Source: Patescibacteria group bacterium
GTDB taxonomy: Bacteria; Patescibacteriota; Minisyncoccia; Phycocordibacterales; SBAW01
NCBI GenBank assembly: GCA_019752125.1
Contig: JAIEMM010000012.1
Span: 3,437 to 67,436 of the forward strand
Reading direction: 5' to 3'
DNA length: 64,000 bases
The position numbers and the translations under genes were made by a program. Of the stretch, positions 1-10,037 are shown one piece after another (the stretch's first letter is position 1; each line of letters begins with the position of its first letter). The notes under the pieces are model-generated. The model worked only from the letters and a program-made list of their open reading frames with translations, was not told the origin of the DNA and made no database searches.

Positions 1-441
1 ATATCTGCAGAGGGTGTTCCAGCAGGACTCGCACAAAATACGAAACTTGGGACGCCAGTAGATGTTGTCGTTGCGCTCGGTTCTGCGGCACGTGCAACCA
101 ACACAGGTGATGTCCGCCAAGCGGAACGCATTGTCGATATAGGAGACCGAACAACTCTTGCGTGGAGCAAAAAAATCAATAATGCCTCTTTTGTGTTGTG
201 GAACGGACCAACAGGTATCTACGAGCAAGGTTTTACGAAGGCGACACAGGTGTTAGCGCAAGCGCTTGTGCAGTCATCGTGCAAAGCACTTATTGGTGGA
301 GGGGACACGGCCGCGGCCCTTTCAAATTTTTCGTTCGACCCGTCGCGTATTTTTGTATCAACTGGCGGTGGGGCAATGCTTCAGTTGCTTGCAGATGGAA
401 CTCTGCCTGGCATTGAGGCTCTTAAAGGTTCTGCGGTATAA
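1..441 (+). CDS. pgk: phosphoglycerate kinase, C-terminal part (5' end outside window)
   Basis: Frame-1 translation to stop at 439-441 matches PGK C-terminus (IGGGDTAAAL...STGGGAMLQLL...LPGIEAL). Confidence 0.85.
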   Translation: MSAEGVPAGLAQNTKLGTPVDVVVALGSAARATNTGDVRQAERIVDIGDRTTLAWSKKINNASFVLWNGPTGIYEQGFTKATQVLAQALVQSSCKALIGGGDTAAALSNFSFDPSRIFVSTGGGAMLQLLADGTLPGIEALKGSAV

Positions 442-730
442 GGTGGATGTGGGCATGAGGCACGTCCTTACCAACAATAGAGAGATGGATATAATCGGCG
501 GAAGTTTCGTTCTTTAATTGTGCTGAAATTGTGCGCGCAACTCGGAAGAATTTATCTGAAAGTTCATCAGGTAAATCTAGGAACCATGCAAAGTGAGCTT
601 TTGGAACAACAAGGGTGTGTCCGGGCGCTTTAGGATGAATGTCTAAAAATGCAATAAAATCCTCGTCCTCGTATGTTTTGGTAGAAGGGATGTCGCCCGC
701 GACGATTTTGCAGAAAATACAGTTTTCCAT
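422..730 (-). CDS. HIT-family (histidine triad) nucleotide hydrolase
   Basis: 102 aa; HxHxHxx motif (HAHIHLIP) and FCKI N-terminus typical of HIT/Hint proteins. Confidence 0.8.
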   Translation of the reverse strand: MENCIFCKIVAGDIPSTKTYEDEDFIAFLDIHPKAPGHTLVVPKAHFAWFLDLPDELSDKFFRVARTISAQLKNETSADYIHLSIVGKDVPHAHIHLIPQNL

Positions 731-750
731 GAGTCTATTATACTGAACTG

Positions 751-2484
751 ATGCAGAAACAATACCGCCTACGGAAGCGAAGCCACGAAGACCTTATTTT
801 AGACCTGTTAAATGCTCGGGGCGTGGAACAAGAAGCCCAGGAACGATTTTTACAACCTGATTTTGAACGAGACTCTCATGACCCATTCCTTTTGCCAGAT
901 ATGGAAAAGGCTGTTGAGCGTATCTTGCGTGCAAAGAAAGATGGGGAAACAGTTGTTGTGTGGAGCGACTACGACGCAGATGGTCTCCCTGCTGGTGTGA
1001 TGCTTACGCAATTTTTGCGCGACATAGGTTTGAATGTCATTCACCACATTCCACATAGAAACAACGAGGGCTTTGGTTTAAATAAAAAAGGGATAGAGGA
1101 ACTCTCAAAACAGGGGGTAAAAGTGATGATCACTGCCGACTGCGGCACGACTGATGCGGAGCAAATTGCGTTTGCAAATGAACTAGGCATAGACACTATT
1201 GTGACGGATCACCATATGGTTCCTGCCTCCGCAGAGAAAACACTTTCTTCAGCTGCAGGCCAGCAAGGGGACGCTTCAGAAAGTGTTTTCTCTGCTCCGC
1301 TTGCATTAATAAATCCAAAACGTCTCGATAGCGCGTATCCATTTGATGGACTATGCGGCGCGGGGGTTGCATGGAAATTGGTTCAAGGAATTTTAAAAAA
1401 GAATCGTCCTGAAGGGTACGCAGATGGTCGCGAAAAATGGTTTTTAGATTTAGTGGGCATCGCGACGCTTTCTGATATGGTGCCGCTTGTTGATGAAAAT
1501 AGGATGCTCGCACATTTTGGACTGACGGTGATGCGCCGCGCCCGCAGACCGGGCTTGAGTGCGCTTCTTAAACTTTTAAAAATAAAGCCGCAAACACTTA
1601 CAGAAGATGATGTTGGGTTTATGATCTCGCCGCGCATCAATGCAGCGTCACGAATGGGTAACCCGCTTACTGCGGCGCGCCTGCTCGCCGCAGAAGGGGA
1701 AGAGGCAGCATCGCTCGCTCGCGAACTCCAAGCGCTTAACGATGAACGCAAAACTGTTGTAGCGACAACAGTCAAAGAAGCTAATAAGCGTCTTGCAGAA
1801 GCGACTCCAAGCTCTGTCATTGTGATGGGGAGCCCTAATTGGCGACCGGGCATTCTTGGCCTCGTCGCAAGCTCGCTTGTAGAGACGCATCAAAAGCCAG
1901 TGTTCCTATGGGGTCGCGAAGAAGGCCTGCCCCGCGAATCCGAAGGATTTTTGCGGGGGTCGTGCCGCTCGGACGGTGTCGCAAATGTCGTTGACTGTAT
2001 GCGCCTCGCCCATGAAGAAGATTTGTTCGTAGACTTTGGCGGGCATCACGGAGCAGGAGGTTTTTCTCTTACACAAGAACGCGTGCATGAACTCCATACA
2101 CGACTTGAACAAGCATACGAATCTTTACGTTCAGAAATTTCTGCAGCCGTTGAAGTGCAAATAGACAGAGAGCTAGATTTAGCGGAACTTCCTCACGCAC
2201 TTAAGGGTGTTCAAAAACTCGCACCATTTGGAGTAGGGAACACGAAGCCTTTATTTATTTTGCCAAACGTAACAATTTCTAATATTAAATTGTTTGGTAA
2301 AACTCAAAACCATCTTGGCCTGACTCTTGTAAAAAATACTGCACGAACCGAGGCAATAGCTTTTTTCTCAACTCCTGAATCATTTAAAAAACCAATCGCT
2401 AAAGATATGAAGGCCGACATCGTTGGCCATGTTGAGCTCGACTGGCGCGGCCAGCCTCGTGTAAGGATTGTTGATATACTCTAG
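751..2484 (+). CDS. recJ: single-stranded-DNA-specific exonuclease RecJ
   Basis: 577 aa; DHH phosphoesterase motifs (ITADCGTTD, TDHH) and DHHA1-like C-terminus. Confidence 0.9.
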   Translation: MQKQYRLRKRSHEDLILDLLNARGVEQEAQERFLQPDFERDSHDPFLLPDMEKAVERILRAKKDGETVVVWSDYDADGLPAGVMLTQFLRDIGLNVIHHIPHRNNEGFGLNKKGIEELSKQGVKVMITADCGTTDAEQIAFANELGIDTIVTDHHMVPASAEKTLSSAAGQQGDASESVFSAPLALINPKRLDSAYPFDGLCGAGVAWKLVQGILKKNRPEGYADGREKWFLDLVGIATLSDMVPLVDENRMLAHFGLTVMRRARRPGLSALLKLLKIKPQTLTEDDVGFMISPRINAASRMGNPLTAARLLAAEGEEAASLARELQALNDERKTVVATTVKEANKRLAEATPSSVIVMGSPNWRPGILGLVASSLVETHQKPVFLWGREEGLPRESEGFLRGSCRSDGVANVVDCMRLAHEEDLFVDFGGHHGAGGFSLTQERVHELHTRLEQAYESLRSEISAAVEVQIDRELDLAELPHALKGVQKLAPFGVGNTKPLFILPNVTISNIKLFGKTQNHLGLTLVKNTARTEAIAFFSTPESFKKPIAKDMKADIVGHVELDWRGQPRVRIVDIL

Positions 2485-2486
2485 CG

Positions 2487-3191
2487 ATGCAGAAAATTAC
2501 TATTTTTACTGACGGCGCGGCAAAGGGGAACCCAGGTCCAGGTGGGTGGGGCGCGATAGTTGCTGATAATGAGACTGTTACCGAGTTAGGAGGACGCGAA
2601 GATCATACAACCAACAATAGAATGGAACTTACGGGTGCTCTTGAAGCGCTCACTCGTGCAAAACATAAAGATGCGGATGTTGTTTTGTATACCGACTCAC
2701 GCTACGTCATAAACGGAATTACAAAGTGGGTGAAGGGCTGGGAGAGAAATGGATGGATGACTCAACAGAAGAAAGATGTGTTGAATAAAGATTTGTGGGA
2801 AAAGCTTGTGGAGGCCGTAGATTCGCGGACAGGAAGGATTTCGTGGAAATATGTTGGCGGGCATGTGGGTATTGCGGGCAACGAACGAGTTGATGAAATA
2901 GCGTCAAACTTTGCAGAAAAAATTCCAGTCACGCTCTACTCAGGTTCTACCGACGCCTACACAGTTTCTGTCCACGACATGTCCCTTGATGAGTCGAAAC
3001 AAAAAGCAAAATCTTCATCGAGCGCTCGCTCTAAAGCAAAAGCATATTCGTATGTAAGTAAAGTCGACGGAGTTGTGTTGGTTCACAAAACATGGGCTGA
3101 ATGTGAGGCTCGTGTAAAAGGAAAGGCGGCGCGCTTTAAAAAAGCGACATCACCCGAAGAAGAAACAGAAATCATAAAAGATTTTTCCTAA
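2487..3191 (+). CDS. rnhA: ribonuclease HI with C-terminal hybrid-binding (Cauli_VI-like) extension
   Basis: TDGAAKGNPGPGGWGA...NNRMEL...YTDSRYV RNase H core; ~80-aa C-terminal KVDGVVLVHKTWAECEARVKG-type domain. Confidence 0.8.
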   Translation: MQKITIFTDGAAKGNPGPGGWGAIVADNETVTELGGREDHTTNNRMELTGALEALTRAKHKDADVVLYTDSRYVINGITKWVKGWERNGWMTQQKKDVLNKDLWEKLVEAVDSRTGRISWKYVGGHVGIAGNERVDEIASNFAEKIPVTLYSGSTDAYTVSVHDMSLDESKQKAKSSSSARSKAKAYSYVSKVDGVVLVHKTWAECEARVKGKAARFKKATSPEEETEIIKDFS

Positions 3192-3231
3192 ATTTATCTT
3201 CTCTCTAGCGTCTTTTCGCTAGAGTAGGGAA

Positions 3232-4638
3232 GTGAGAAGAATATTTTTTATTACAGTAATGTGTGCTGGGTTACTGTGCATTTTTATTGCGAGGGTGGAA
3301 ATGTATGTTTCAGATTGGAATAAACAGAGTTTGGTTGCGCTTACGCGTACGTTGCCGGAGAAAGGCCCCTCGACTCTGCTCGGGGCAGGTAAAAAAGTTG
3401 TTGTGGAGGGAAGGGTGGTTGCGGACCCGGATATGCGGGATACGACACTGCACGCGAATATTAAAGTTGAGACAATAGATGGCAAAAAAGAAACAGGTAC
3501 ACTCATTGCGTTTTTTCCGACTGATACAAAACTAGAATACGGCCAGCGCATTGTTGCAAAAGGAACACTTCGTCTACCCGACCCGTTTGAAACAGACAAC
3601 GGCGGCACATTCGACTACCCGCACTACCTACAGGTGCAAGGAATTTCAGCGATGCTTACAAGTGGTAAACTCGCGTCCAGCACGCCGGCTGGGTTTTCAC
3701 TACGAGGTTCACTTTTTAATCTTAAACATAGCTTCGACCGTTCACTGGAGAGAATTTTTGTTCCACCACAGGGCGCGTTGATGCAGGGAATTATTTTAGG
3801 TGAGAGACACGGCATCCCCGACACACTCAACCATGCGTTTATTGTGGCGAGCCTTATTCATATTGTCGTGTTGTCGGGACATGTATTTACTCTCATTACT
3901 GATGCAATAATGCGGACGCTTTCTTTCTTGCCCAAGAGACCGCGCTACGTTCTTGCCGCATTGTTTAGCGTGCTTTTTATAATGATGGTTGGAGCCTCAT
4001 CCGTTGCGCTGCGTGCAGGAATAATGGCCGGCATTGGCATGCTCGCACGTTTTTACAACCGCAATGCAGATGCGTTAAGAGCACTCTTTGTGGCAGTACT
4101 CATTATGGGTTTGTTAAATCCACCCGCACTTCTTTGGGACACATCTTTTATATTGAGTGTACTTGCGACATTTGGGCTCATCACACTCTCTCCTTTAGTA
4201 GAGAAATGGTTATTTTGGATACCCAAGCGCTTTGATCTGCGAGGAATCGCAACTTCAACACTTTCAGTACAGATTTTTATTCTGCCCACGCTTCTGTATT
4301 ACACGGGCACACTTTCATACTTTGCGTTGCCTGCAAATGTAATTGCTCTACCGGTTTTGCCGTGGGCGATGTTGTTTGGATTTCTTGCAGGGCTTTTTGG
4401 AATGTTGCCTGGCGTCCTCGGTTTGGTTCTCGCGTTCGTGCCCGCATTTTTCGCACAGCTCTTACTGCGCTGGATTATTTTTATTGCCCAAGCAGTTGAA
4501 GCAATTCCGCATTCAGCGACAGTTATCCACGCCTTCCCTCTATGGGCGGCGCTTCTGTGTTACATACCACTTACGTTTATTGCGTACGTGTCAGTTTTTC
4601 GAAACGTTCCTCGACGAGCGACCAGTTCAAGTTCTTAA
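3232..4638 (+). CDS. comEC: ComEC/Rec2-family DNA internalisation membrane protein (no MBL domain)
   Basis: GTG start; N-terminal OB-like DUF4131-type region then polytopic competence domain; 468 aa. Confidence 0.7.
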   Translation: MRRIFFITVMCAGLLCIFIARVEMYVSDWNKQSLVALTRTLPEKGPSTLLGAGKKVVVEGRVVADPDMRDTTLHANIKVETIDGKKETGTLIAFFPTDTKLEYGQRIVAKGTLRLPDPFETDNGGTFDYPHYLQVQGISAMLTSGKLASSTPAGFSLRGSLFNLKHSFDRSLERIFVPPQGALMQGIILGERHGIPDTLNHAFIVASLIHIVVLSGHVFTLITDAIMRTLSFLPKRPRYVLAALFSVLFIMMVGASSVALRAGIMAGIGMLARFYNRNADALRALFVAVLIMGLLNPPALLWDTSFILSVLATFGLITLSPLVEKWLFWIPKRFDLRGIATSTLSVQIFILPTLLYYTGTLSYFALPANVIALPVLPWAMLFGFLAGLFGMLPGVLGLVLAFVPAFFAQLLLRWIIFIAQAVEAIPHSATVIHAFPLWAALLCYIPLTFIAYVSVFRNVPRRATSSSS

Positions 4639-5176
4639 AAAATGCGTCCATGTATTTTCCTTTGCCTTGAGTTCCATAGTCCAAAAGGAATGCATGTTCC
4701 CAGACATCCAGAGCAAGCACGATAGGGAGGGTTACGAAGTGGCCTTGATGTTGTTCGCCTGAGAAACCTGCAAGAAGCTGCTGACCCTCAGCGTCCCAAT
4801 AAAGAATTGCCCAACCTGGTCCGCGCATATTTCCAATTGCTTTGAAGTACGGCTCGAAGTGTTCAACCTTCGTGTATTCCTTTTCAAATTGTTTTGCAAG
4901 TGAGCTACTTGGGGTGAGCGGAGTCGAACCCCCTTCAAACTGTGCGAAATAGAGTTCGTGCAAACGCATACCGCCAAATTCAAACGAGCGGCGGCGAATA
5001 AGTTCTGAAAGCGCGTGAGCGTTTGCCTCGCTGTCTTGTGCGTATTCAGGGATCTTTTTTGAAATTGCGTTGAAGTTTTTAACGTAGCCCTGATACAGAC
5101 CAATATGATCCTCTACAGATTTAGTCGAAATCCCATCAAGGGCGGGGATGTTAAAAGTTTTTGGTGTGTATTCCAT
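4577..5176 (-). CDS. Fe/Mn superoxide dismutase
   Basis: Fe/Mn-SOD motifs (HH..H, DVWEHAF...Y); likely start at MEYTPKTF (5176) rather than ORF start 5221; 3' end overlaps convergent comEC by ~60 nt. Confidence 0.85.
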   Translation of the reverse strand: MEYTPKTFNIPALDGISTKSVEDHIGLYQGYVKNFNAISKKIPEYAQDSEANAHALSELIRRRSFEFGGMRLHELYFAQFEGGSTPLTPSSSLAKQFEKEYTKVEHFEPYFKAIGNMRGPGWAILYWDAEGQQLLAGFSGEQHQGHFVTLPIVLALDVWEHAFLLDYGTQGKGKYMDAFFKNLNWSLVEERFEKLTRTQ

Positions 5177-5296
5177 ATGCCAACATTGTACACCGGACAC
5201 GTTGTATACAGGTTGGCGCACGAAGATATTTGCTATTTTTACAAAATGTTGTATTGTGTACCTCGGTATGTTTTCAGTACATCCTTTAATAAAGGA

Positions 5297-5674
5297 ATGT
5301 TAGCTATGAGTATATGCGAAATTGGGACGGCATCTAGGCGGAAACCTGGCCCTCGCTGTGGTTCTCCGAATGGGCAAGCTGTAAGAGACGCATTGGAGGC
5401 TACGAGGAGGCTCATGCTTGCAGGCAATCTTTTCCCCACCATGAAAGAGATTGCAGATGTGGCGGGCTATACCGAACGGCATATATATTATTGCTGGGGA
5501 ACGCGTGCAGATTTGCACCACGCGGTGCTCGACGGCGATCCTGTTTTTGCCGCAAAGTGTGGCAGAATACTGCTCTCGCAGATCGGTGTCCCAGACATGC
5601 CTCATAGGTCAGACGAACTTGACGCCTGGTTCGACGGCCTTTGCAGAAAGACCTTGTTGGATAAGATTGGATAA
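5297..5674 (+). CDS. small HTH protein, TetR-like N-terminal domain
   Basis: TMKEIADVAGYTERHIYYCWGTRADL resembles TetR HTH; internal ATG chosen because the 5' part of the ORF overlaps the SOD gene; followed by the 'gcgaccc..gggccgcc-T-run' terminator. Confidence 0.4.
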   Translation: MLAMSICEIGTASRRKPGPRCGSPNGQAVRDALEATRRLMLAGNLFPTMKEIADVAGYTERHIYYCWGTRADLHHAVLDGDPVFAAKCGRILLSQIGVPDMPHRSDELDAWFDGLCRKTLLDKIG

Positions 5675-5722
5675 TCAAAAAGCGACCCTCTCGGGCCGCC
5701 TTTTTTCTATGTAAATATTAGT

Positions 5723-5965
5723 TTAGATAAGACCAGCCTTTTTGAGGGTCTTGTATGCGCCGTTCTTGGCGATAGTCTTGAGGCCTTGAGTCGAGACAGT
5801 GACAGTGATGGTCTTGTTGAGCTCAGGGACGAAAATGCGCTTCTTCTGGAGGTTTACCTGCTTACGGACATTGCCAGTAGGGTTGAATTTTGTAGCACGA
5901 ATACGGTTGCTGTAGCCGCCAGCAACTAGAGAGCTTTTATTCGTGATGGGACAAGTCTTTGCCAT
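5723..5965 (-). CDS. rpmB: 50S ribosomal protein L28
   Basis: 80 aa MAKTCPITNKSS...typical L28. Confidence 0.85.
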   Translation of the reverse strand: MAKTCPITNKSSLVAGGYSNRIRATKFNPTGNVRKQVNLQKKRIFVPELNKTITVTVSTQGLKTIAKNGAYKTLKKAGLI

Positions 5966-6002
5966 ATGTGTAGCCTGGACATGCTATCATGTTTTTGTTG
6001 AT

Positions 6003-6638
6003 ATGCAAACGGACCTCATCTTCGGCCTCATAATCCTTATAATCTCGGTTATTTTGCACGAGGTGGCCCATGGCTATATGGCCAACTATCTTGGCGACCC
6101 AACCGCTCGTCTCCAGGGCCGCCTTACCCTTAATCCTCTCTCCCACATAGATCCTATTGGCTCTATTCTTCTACCCGCCCTGCTCGTGTTCAGTAGTTCG
6201 CCATTCTTGATTGGCTATGCAAAGCCGGTTCCATACAATCCTTATAATTTGAAAGGGAAGTGGGCTGAAACGCTGGTGGCTGCAGCTGGCCCTGGCACAA
6301 ACCTTCTCCTCGCCTGTATCTTCGCCATCCTTATACGTGCTGGAAGCGTTGCGATGACCACTCAAACCCTGACCGCCTTTGCGACCATCGTCTACATCAA
6401 CCTTTTATTGGCCTTATTTAACCTCATACCTATCGCTCCGCTAGATGGATCAAAGGTGCTTTCAGGGTTGCTCGGCACCCGCACTGTGGTCGGCCGCGCC
6501 TATGAGTCTTTCCGATCAAGCCTTGAGCGCGTCGGCGTTTTCTCCGGCACGCTTATTATTTTGGTTATTTTGTACCTTCTCTATCCGTACTTCTCCTTTG
6601 TTGTTCAGGCAACCTTTACTCTTTTAGTAGGGCAATAG
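6003..6638 (+). CDS. site-2 protease-like M50 family membrane metalloprotease
   Basis: HEVAHG (HExxH) plus downstream LDG motif in polytopic membrane protein; internal ATG 6003 avoids overlap with rpmB. Confidence 0.7.
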   Translation: MQTDLIFGLIILIISVILHEVAHGYMANYLGDPTARLQGRLTLNPLSHIDPIGSILLPALLVFSSSPFLIGYAKPVPYNPYNLKGKWAETLVAAAGPGTNLLLACIFAILIRAGSVAMTTQTLTAFATIVYINLLLALFNLIPIAPLDGSKVLSGLLGTRTVVGRAYESFRSSLERVGVFSGTLIILVILYLLYPYFSFVVQATFTLLVGQ

Positions 6639-6723
6639 GACAGCAAAAATTGTTCTGCTTGCGCTGGCCATTTATATATAGTAGATTGTTGGCAACGCCT
6701 TGAGGGCGTTTTTAATTCAAGAA

Positions 6724-7137
6724 ATGGCACGTATATCACAGCTTGTCCGCAAAGGACGCACACAATTGAAGAGCAAGTCGAAGTCACCGGCCCTTGGTCG
6801 TGGTTTCAACGTTCTCAAAAATCGTCCTGTGTTCTACTCGTCTCCATTCAAACGCGGAGTCTGCACGAAAGTAACGACTATGACTCCCCGCAAACCAAAC
6901 TCAGCTATCCGTAAGATTGCCCGTGTTCGCTTGACCAACGGTCAGGAAATCACCGCATACATCCCAGGTGAAGGCCACAACCTCCAGGAACACTCAGTGG
7001 TTATGGTTCGTGCAGGCCGTGTGAAAGACATCAACGTTCGTTACCAGATCGTGCGCGGTCGCCTCGATGCAGGTGCGGTTGAGAAGCGTAATGTTTCTCG
7101 CTCACGTTACGGTGTTAAGCGCTCAACTAAGAAATAA
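6724..7137 (+). CDS. rpsL: 30S ribosomal protein S12
   Basis: [12 protein letters not shown]...PNSAIRK...; start set at conserved N-terminus. Confidence 0.95.
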   Translation: MARISQLVRKGRTQLKSKSKSPALGRGFNVLKNRPVFYSSPFKRGVCTKVTTMTPRKPNSAIRKIARVRLTNGQEITAYIPGEGHNLQEHSVVMVRAGRVKDINVRYQIVRGRLDAGAVEKRNVSRSRYGVKRSTKK

Positions 7138-7142
7138 TTTAT

Positions 7143-7613
7143 ATGCGTCGACCAGTTAAAAATCGCAATATCGTCGGTCCTGACATGAAGTTCAACTCAA
7201 CGAAGGTTGAGAAGTTCATCAACTCTGTTATGTGGGACGGCAAGAAGAGCACTGCTCGCAAGGTTGTCTACGATGCGTTCGATATCATTCAGGAGAAAAC
7301 TAAAGTAGAAAGCCCTCTCGAAATCTTTGAAGAAGCTATCCGCAACGTAGGTCCTGCAATGGAAATCCGTTCACGCCGTGTTGGTGGTGCAAACTACCAA
7401 GTTCCTCGCGAAGTTCGTCCAGAACGTAAGCAGGCTCTCGCGTACCGCTGGATACTCATTGCCGCTCGCGCTCGCAAGGGTATGCCTATGGCAAACCGCC
7501 TCGCAGAAGAAATCATTGCAGCATCTAAGAATGAAGGCCCTGCAATCAAGAAGCGCGAAGATACTCACAAGATGGCAGAATCAAACAAGGCGTTCGCACA
7601 CTTCGCCTGGTAA
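7143..7613 (+). CDS. rpsG: 30S ribosomal protein S7
   Basis: 156 aa with S7 signature ([13 protein letters not shown]...). Confidence 0.95.
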   Translation: MRRPVKNRNIVGPDMKFNSTKVEKFINSVMWDGKKSTARKVVYDAFDIIQEKTKVESPLEIFEEAIRNVGPAMEIRSRRVGGANYQVPREVRPERKQALAYRWILIAARARKGMPMANRLAEEIIAASKNEGPAIKKREDTHKMAESNKAFAHFAW

Positions 7614-7629
7614 TTTCAAACACAAAAGA

Positions 7630-7660
7630 AAACACCGCCTCAAAAGGGCGGTGTTTTTAC
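7630..7660 (+). terminator. rho-independent terminator after rpsG
   Basis: caccgcc-tcaaaag-ggcggtg stem-loop followed by TTTTT. Confidence 0.7.
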
Positions 7661-7676
7661 ATGCTACATTTTTTGT

Positions 7677-8495
7677 ATGCCCTTAAGGTTGCGTGGGTTT
7701 ACGCTTATAGAGCTCCTTGTGGTTATTGCCATTATTGGTCTGCTTGGGGCCATTGTGATGGCCTCGCTCCAAAGTGCCCGCACAAAGGCGCGGCTGACTT
7801 CTGCAAAGGCGCAAGATGCAGCAATGCGAAATGGAATCGAACAGGTTGTGGGGCAGTGGCCTCTTGATGACTGTTCGGGCACGAACGCGAGCGACACCTC
7901 AGGTTCTGGTAACACGGGTGCATTTACAGGTAGTGGAAATACATGGGATACGGCCAACACTCCATATGGAACGGGATGTTCAGTGCTCTTAAATGGAAGT
8001 GGAGCGATTTCCGTTCCTGATAAAAGTACCTATGCGTTTGGAACAGGTGACTTTACGATGGCTGTTTGGATAAAGACAAATACTCAACAGACCGGAAGTA
8101 CAGGATTTATTGCAAAAAATTTAAGCGGCACAGGTCCTGGATTTGGAATCAGACCTAGTGGCGCAACAAATATTGAAATATGGCTGGCTGATGGCTCAAC
8201 GGCATCAAGCCCTAGCTGCACCAGCTGTAATTATGCTGACGGGAACTGGCATTTTATAGCAGGAACGCGAAGAAATTCTCAACTCAGTCTGTATTATGAC
8301 GGAGCTTTAGTTGTAACAGCAGCCTCAAGTCAAAATGTGACGAATGCACAGCCGCTTTACATAGGTTCGCGCGGAGGGACGACGTTCATTGGCAATGTGG
8401 ACGATGCGCGCCTCTACAGTGTTTCGATAAGCGCATATGAAATACGTGCGATGTACGCGCTTGGCGCTATCTTCCATGCGCTCGCACTTCGTTAG
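7677..8495 (+). CDS. prepilin-type (type IV pilin-like) protein with LamG/ConA-like C-terminal domain
   Basis: Short leader then GFTLIELLVVIAIIGLL prepilin cleavage/methylation motif; C-terminal ...DDARLYSVSIS... jelly-roll-like region. Confidence 0.7.
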   Translation: MPLRLRGFTLIELLVVIAIIGLLGAIVMASLQSARTKARLTSAKAQDAAMRNGIEQVVGQWPLDDCSGTNASDTSGSGNTGAFTGSGNTWDTANTPYGTGCSVLLNGSGAISVPDKSTYAFGTGDFTMAVWIKTNTQQTGSTGFIAKNLSGTGPGFGIRPSGATNIEIWLADGSTASSPSCTSCNYADGNWHFIAGTRRNSQLSLYYDGALVVTAASSQNVTNAQPLYIGSRGGTTFIGNVDDARLYSVSISAYEIRAMYALGAIFHALALR

Positions 8496-8523
8496 GTGTT
8501 GTTGTAGTGTGGTTTCAGAAACT

Positions 8524-8552
8524 TTCCCCCGTTGTGGGGGATTGTAGTTTTT
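8524..8552 (+). terminator. rho-independent terminator after pilin-like gene
   Basis: ccccc-gttgt-ggggg hairpin followed by ttgtagttttt. Confidence 0.6.
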
Positions 8553-8582
8553 AGCGTTCTTCATAAAGAGAAGGGAAAGACA

Positions 8583-9923
8583 ATGACCAAGAAGTTTTTT
8601 GGCACGGATGGTATTCGGGGAGAAGCGAATAAGAAGCTCACTCCGAAGCTGGCGCTTGAAGTTGGGATGGCGGCCGGAATTCATTTCCGGAACAACAATC
8701 CCCATCATCGGCATCGGGTGCTTATCGGCAAGGACACACGGCTTTCCTGCTACATGTTGGAGCAGGCACTTACCGCCGGCTTTTTGTCGGCTGGTATGCA
8801 TGTGTTTTTGACAGGACCTATTCCGACGCCTGGAGTGGCAGCCCTGACACGTTCCATGCGCGCCGACTTGGGCGTCATGATTACCGCGTCTCACAATCCT
8901 TTCGAGGACAATGGCGTCAAACTCTTCGGACCCGACGGCTACAAACTCTCGGATGACGAAGAGCGCAGCATCGAGCAGTTGATGTTGAGGGACCATTCAG
9001 AGCAGCTCGCGTATGGAGACCGTATCGGCCGGGCACAACGCATTAACGGTGTTGCTGACCGCTACATCGAACTCGTCAAAAGTGTCGTGCCTGATATCGA
9101 CTTCGAGGGGTTTCGTGTTGTCATCGACTGCGCGAATGGTGCCGCATATAAGGTTGCTCCACTGGCTCTTGAGGAGTTGGGCGCAGAAGTGTTCGCCATC
9201 GGCGTCGAGCCCAACGGAGTGAACATCAACAGCGGCTGTGGTTCTACAAACCCACTCAAACTTCAAGCCGAAGTCCGTCGTCTGCGTGCCGACATTGGTA
9301 TTGCGCTCGACGGAGACGCCGACCGCGTGCTGCTCGTGGACGAGAAAGGAAACGTAGTGGACGGCGATCAAATCCTTGCGCTTATCGCGACGAATTTGAA
9401 GAACAGGGGTTTGTTGAAAAACGGTGTCGTTGGGACAGTCATGACCAACGGCGGCTTCGAGAGATATTGTGGGGAAACGCTCGAGACTGCCTTTTTTAGG
9501 GCAGATGTAGGCGACCGCTATGTGCTCGAGCGCATGCGTAAGTTCAACGTCACGCTCGGTGGGGAACAGTCTGGGCACATCATCATGTCTGACTATGCGA
9601 CAACAGGTGATGGCTTGATGGCGGCTCTTCAAGTCCTCTCCATCCTCAAGGAAACTGAGCAGCCAATGTCGGCAATCGCGGACTGTTTCGAGCCGATTCC
9701 ACAGGAGCTCCGGAATATCCGAGCTCCCAAGGAGCGGCTGGGACTTCCTACTGTCATCGCCGCGATCGAGGCTGCTAAGCGTGGACTTGGAGAGCTTGGA
9801 CGGCTGATCGTCCGTCCTTCCGGAACAGAGCCTCTAATCCGCGTGATGGTGGAACATCCCGACCGCAAGCTCATTGAGCAGATCTTACAGGACCTGACTC
9901 CTGTCATCGTCACAGCTCAATAA
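8583..9923 (+). CDS. glmM: phosphoglucosamine mutase
   Basis: FGTDGIRG...TASHNP phosphohexomutase signatures; RBS aagggaaag upstream of ATG 8583. Confidence 0.85.
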   Translation: MTKKFFGTDGIRGEANKKLTPKLALEVGMAAGIHFRNNNPHHRHRVLIGKDTRLSCYMLEQALTAGFLSAGMHVFLTGPIPTPGVAALTRSMRADLGVMITASHNPFEDNGVKLFGPDGYKLSDDEERSIEQLMLRDHSEQLAYGDRIGRAQRINGVADRYIELVKSVVPDIDFEGFRVVIDCANGAAYKVAPLALEELGAEVFAIGVEPNGVNINSGCGSTNPLKLQAEVRRLRADIGIALDGDADRVLLVDEKGNVVDGDQILALIATNLKNRGLLKNGVVGTVMTNGGFERYCGETLETAFFRADVGDRYVLERMRKFNVTLGGEQSGHIIMSDYATTGDGLMAALQVLSILKETEQPMSAIADCFEPIPQELRNIRAPKERLGLPTVIAAIEAAKRGLGELGRLIVRPSGTEPLIRVMVEHPDRKLIEQILQDLTPVIVTAQ

Positions 9924-9929
9924 CAAAGC

Positions 9930-9969
9930 AAGCCGTCCCCCTTAATAAAGGGACGGCTTTTTCTTTTTG
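9930..9969 (+). terminator. rho-independent terminator after glmM
   Basis: agccgtccc...gggacggct hairpin followed by tttttcttttt. Confidence 0.7.
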
Positions 9970-10037
9970 CATTTTTGGCTATCTAAGGTATTGTGTAGTC
10001 AACGCGCATTTGCGCTATTTTTAATCCTCAATTATTT

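Noticed and set aside
1383-1853. 156-aa minus-strand ORF
   Set aside because: Antisense inside recJ; no motifs.
4905-4930. gagtcgaaccccc tRNA T-arm-like string
   Set aside because: Falls inside the SOD coding sequence with no acceptor/anticodon arms around it.
8325-8996. 223-aa minus-strand ORF
   Set aside because: Lies entirely antisense within glmM (strong phosphohexomutase signal on + strand); His/Arg-rich composition typical of antisense artefacts.
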